From Pseudobacteriovorax sp. (lineage in GTDB: Bacteria > Bdellovibrionota_B > Oligoflexia > Oligoflexales > Oligoflexaceae), in NCBI GenBank assembly GCA_050293845.1, contig JBNKNM010000006.1, forward strand, positions 1-28,552: a stretch of DNA of 28,552 bases, read 5' to 3'. Shown here in pieces: positions 26,187-28,552 of the stretch (its first letter is position 1; each line of letters opens with the position of its first letter). Position numbers and translations under genes: made by a program. The notes beneath the pieces were generated by a model. That model saw only the letters and a program-made list of their open reading frames with translations. It made no database searches and had not been told where the DNA came from.

Positions 26187-27537
26187 AGTAAAAGAAAATA
26201 TTATAGTTAATCAGATAGTACAAATCGTATGCCAGTTTTACTTTGGTATCTTCAATTGTATCCATAGCATAACCGCACATGAGCTGTGCATGACCGGTTA
26301 GCCCTGGGCGAATGAGGTACCTCATCTCATAAAGATCAATTTCTTTGACCATATTATGAGCGAAAGACACAGCCTCTGGACGTGGGCCCACTAAAGACAT
26401 ATGACCTGCAAGAATATTCCAAAGTTGTGGCAACTCATCCAAGTGAAGGGGGCGTAGAAACTTACCAAAGGCGAACACACGACTGTCACCTTCGGTAGTA
26501 AATCCACCGCTAGCATCACGTTTGCTAAGATGTTGATGCATGGTTCTAAATTTATACATTGAAAACTTTTTCCCATACCTCCCCATCCGAGGCTGAACAA
26601 AAAGAATATCTCCACCGCTAGAAAACTTAATACCAATAGCTATTAGAATATACATAGGCAAAAGAACAACAAGACCAATTGCTGAAACTGTAATATCCAT
26701 AAGCCTGACTAGTAATTCAGTTGAGAAATTTCTGGCATTAACTCCTTTGAATATAAGCCATGATTTGGAAATGCCATCTAAATTAACTTTTTCAAAAATA
26801 TTACAATACATTTCATTTTCGTCAATGACGCGATAGCCATTCTTTAGGGCCCAAACAGCAGTGTTTTCCGAATGAGCTTTTTTGAGGGCATCACGACTAA
26901 AAACTACATCACAAAACCTCATATGGTTCTCTGCCTTTTCCCAAGATTGCATTTCTCCAGACCAGGCTACATATTTAAAGTAAGGCATGTCCTTATGTAG
27001 AGGGTTACTGCAGTGGGAGACGATTTCATTTATAAGTGGAGAATCGCCGACAGTTGTAAAAGTATACGGAATTTTTCGATATAGAAATGAAAGTAACAAC
27101 CTGAAAATGGTTACCGAAAGATACCCACCGACCGTCCCCCATAAAAAGGTCTTCCGTCCAAAAACATCATAATAGATAAAGTACATCACAGCTAAATTCA
27201 TAGATAGGGCAATAAAGCTTGACAGGGCACCATTAGTGAAAACTTTATAATAAGAGTACCGCCGGGTTCTTTCATAGTAACCTAAGCCAAGAGCTGAAAG
27301 ACAAAAACAAATGGCATACACAACAGAACCGACATAATTATGATAATCAGTTTTACTAGCTATATCAGAAAAAGGGCTGAATCTTATAAAATAATTGTAG
27401 GAAGCTACTATAATAATAAAGTCGACGAGAAAAAGAAATGCTCTATTGGTAGAAAACAGGACATCTGTCAAGCTGAGAACGATTTTTTTAGGCTTTAACG
27501 ACGTATTTACAACTTTTATAGCACTAAAATTTTCCAT
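26137..27537 (-). CDS. Undecaprenyl-phosphate glycosylphosphotransferase (WcaJ/WbaP-type large PGT)
   Basis: Four N-terminal TM segments, then R..D, Q.R.G..G..F..YKFRTM, LDELPQL.N...G.MSLVGPRPE, RPGLTG.AQ, YDLYYL. Confidence 0.93.
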   Translation of the reverse strand: MENFSAIKVVNTSLKPKKIVLSLTDVLFSTNRAFLFLVDFIIIVASYNYFIRFSPFSDIASKTDYHNYVGSVVYAICFCLSALGLGYYERTRRYSYYKVFTNGALSSFIALSMNLAVMYFIYYDVFGRKTFLWGTVGGYLSVTIFRLLLSFLYRKIPYTFTTVGDSPLINEIVSHCSNPLHKDMPYFKYVAWSGEMQSWEKAENHMRFCDVVFSRDALKKAHSENTAVWALKNGYRVIDENEMYCNIFEKVNLDGISKSWLIFKGVNARNFSTELLVRLMDITVSAIGLVVLLPMYILIAIGIKFSSGGDILFVQPRMGRYGKKFSMYKFRTMHQHLSKRDASGGFTTEGDSRVFAFGKFLRPLHLDELPQLWNILAGHMSLVGPRPEAVSFAHNMVKEIDLYEMRYLIRPGLTGHAQLMCGYAMDTIEDTKVKLAYDLYYLINYNIFFYFRVVLRTAFVVLKRIS

Positions 27538-27702
27538 TTCCGACCCATCTTAGTTTCATACGAAACCTCAATATATTCTGCTAATTATTTATCTTATTTG
27601 ATAAGTCTATATTATTTGCATCATATTGGTCTACATCAATCATATTGAGGGATGACGCAATAGATTCTATGATGTTAGAGTTGTCACAAAGATGAAACTT
27701 CC

Positions 27703-28521
27703 ATGAGGATGCCAATGTTACTTGGTAAGTTATTGCCTCGAAAATATAAACAACAGTTGAAAACAGCTTCCCGTTGGCTCGGACTGGTTAATTTACTGAT
27801 CCAAAGAGACCTAAGAGTTAGATATCGCGGATCTTTTTTGGGCTATCTTTGGAGCATGCTGAACCCTTTGCTATACATGATAGTATTGTCCACCGTATTC
27901 TCCTATATCGTAAGATTCGAAGTAGAGCATTACCCGTTGTTCCTTCTCGCGGGCATTTTGATTTGGAACTTTTTTCAACAAAGCCTCAGCATCGGCGTCA
28001 ATAGTATCCTGTTTAATGGTTCCCTCCTCAAAAAGGTGAGGGTTCCTGCGGCTCTATTTCCCATGGCAAGTATTGGTTCGGTCATGGTGAACTTTTTCCT
28101 TGCCCTTATACCTTTTATTATTATTTCCTTTTACCTCGTAGGCACCATTCATTCGACACTGCTATTTTTGCCGGTCACCGTGTTCATTTTTTCCTGCTTT
28201 ATATTTGGCATAGCCCTCACCTTAGCAAGCCTTAACGTCAAATATCGCGATGTAAGCCATATGCTTGATCCCATTCTTACAATAGGTTTTTATGCGACTC
28301 CTATTATCTATCCCCAATCGGCAATTCCTGAAAAGTTTAGGTTCTTAATCGACCTTAATCCCTTGTCCTATTACCTGGATATTATCCGTTCTCTCATGTT
28401 CGATGGCAGCTTACCCAATGCCAGAAACCTCATGATAAGTATCGCGCTTGCTATGGCTGCATTGCTGCTTGGTAGCTTTACTTTCAACCACATGAAACGA
28501 GAATTTATCTATGACCTCTGA
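27703..28521 (+). CDS. wzm: ABC-2 polysaccharide export permease Wzm
   Basis: Motifs RDL..RYRGS.LG.LW..LNPL, LLKKV..P, YRD..H, FYATPIIYP, LNPL, and C-terminal EF.Y.L. Confidence 0.93.
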   Translation: MRMPMLLGKLLPRKYKQQLKTASRWLGLVNLLIQRDLRVRYRGSFLGYLWSMLNPLLYMIVLSTVFSYIVRFEVEHYPLFLLAGILIWNFFQQSLSIGVNSILFNGSLLKKVRVPAALFPMASIGSVMVNFFLALIPFIIISFYLVGTIHSTLLFLPVTVFIFSCFIFGIALTLASLNVKYRDVSHMLDPILTIGFYATPIIYPQSAIPEKFRFLIDLNPLSYYLDIIRSLMFDGSLPNARNLMISIALAMAALLLGSFTFNHMKREFIYDL

Positions 28522-28552
28522 ACCAAAGGAAGTCATTCATTGCAGTGACTTA
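28511..28552 (+). CDS. Probable 5' end of Wzt ABC ATPase (truncated by the window)
   Basis: ATG at 28511 overlaps the end of wzm and stays open to the edge (MTSEPKEVIHCSDL), resembling the I-x-x-x-x-L start of an ABC domain. The call rests mainly on synteny. Confidence 0.5.
   Translation, partial: MTSEPKEVIHCSDL

Noticed and set aside
293..27172. Short alternative-frame and antisense ORFs in the track (e.g. 293-490, 3591-3857, 9560-9808, 20929-21249, 25565-25846)
   Set aside because: They lie within or opposite well-supported genes and have no recognisable motifs, so they are shadow ORFs.
1..28552. CRISPR array, IS/transposase, integrase, tRNA/rRNA, ops/JUMPstart element
   Set aside because: None seen. 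All intergenic gaps are under 200 nt with no periodic repeats, and no ORF has recombinase or transposase motifs.

Overview
This AT-rich bacterial window is entirely a cell-surface glycan (O-antigen/LPS/capsule-type) biosynthesis island: 26 complete CDS, a 5'-truncated ABC exporter at the left edge and a probable wzt start at the right edge. The recognisable modules are: (i) a CDP-sugar set (rfbF, rfbG, an RmlC-like epimerase and a separate SDR) with no rfbH/rfbI in the window; (ii) a WbuX/WbpG-HisH-HisF amidotransferase triad followed by an unrecognised 510-aa protein with internal His-terminated repeats; (iii) a complete wbpB-wbpA-wbpD-wbpE-wbpI set for UDP-2,3-diacetamido-2,3-dideoxy-mannuronic acid; (iv) a Wzy/WaaL-like, Wzz-like, GT2, GMC flavoprotein and SDR block; (v) a WcaJ/WbaP-type initiating phosphoglycosyl transferase and a wzm permease. 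There are also two diverged 450-aa paralogues sharing WDNxxSK and RPHP motifs, an FkbM methyltransferase and several GT2/GT4 enzymes. Gene orientation switches eight times, and three of the four convergent junctions have overlapping 3' ends. I saw no RNA genes, CRISPR arrays, transposases or integrases. All family calls come from motif recognition by eye, not from database searches.
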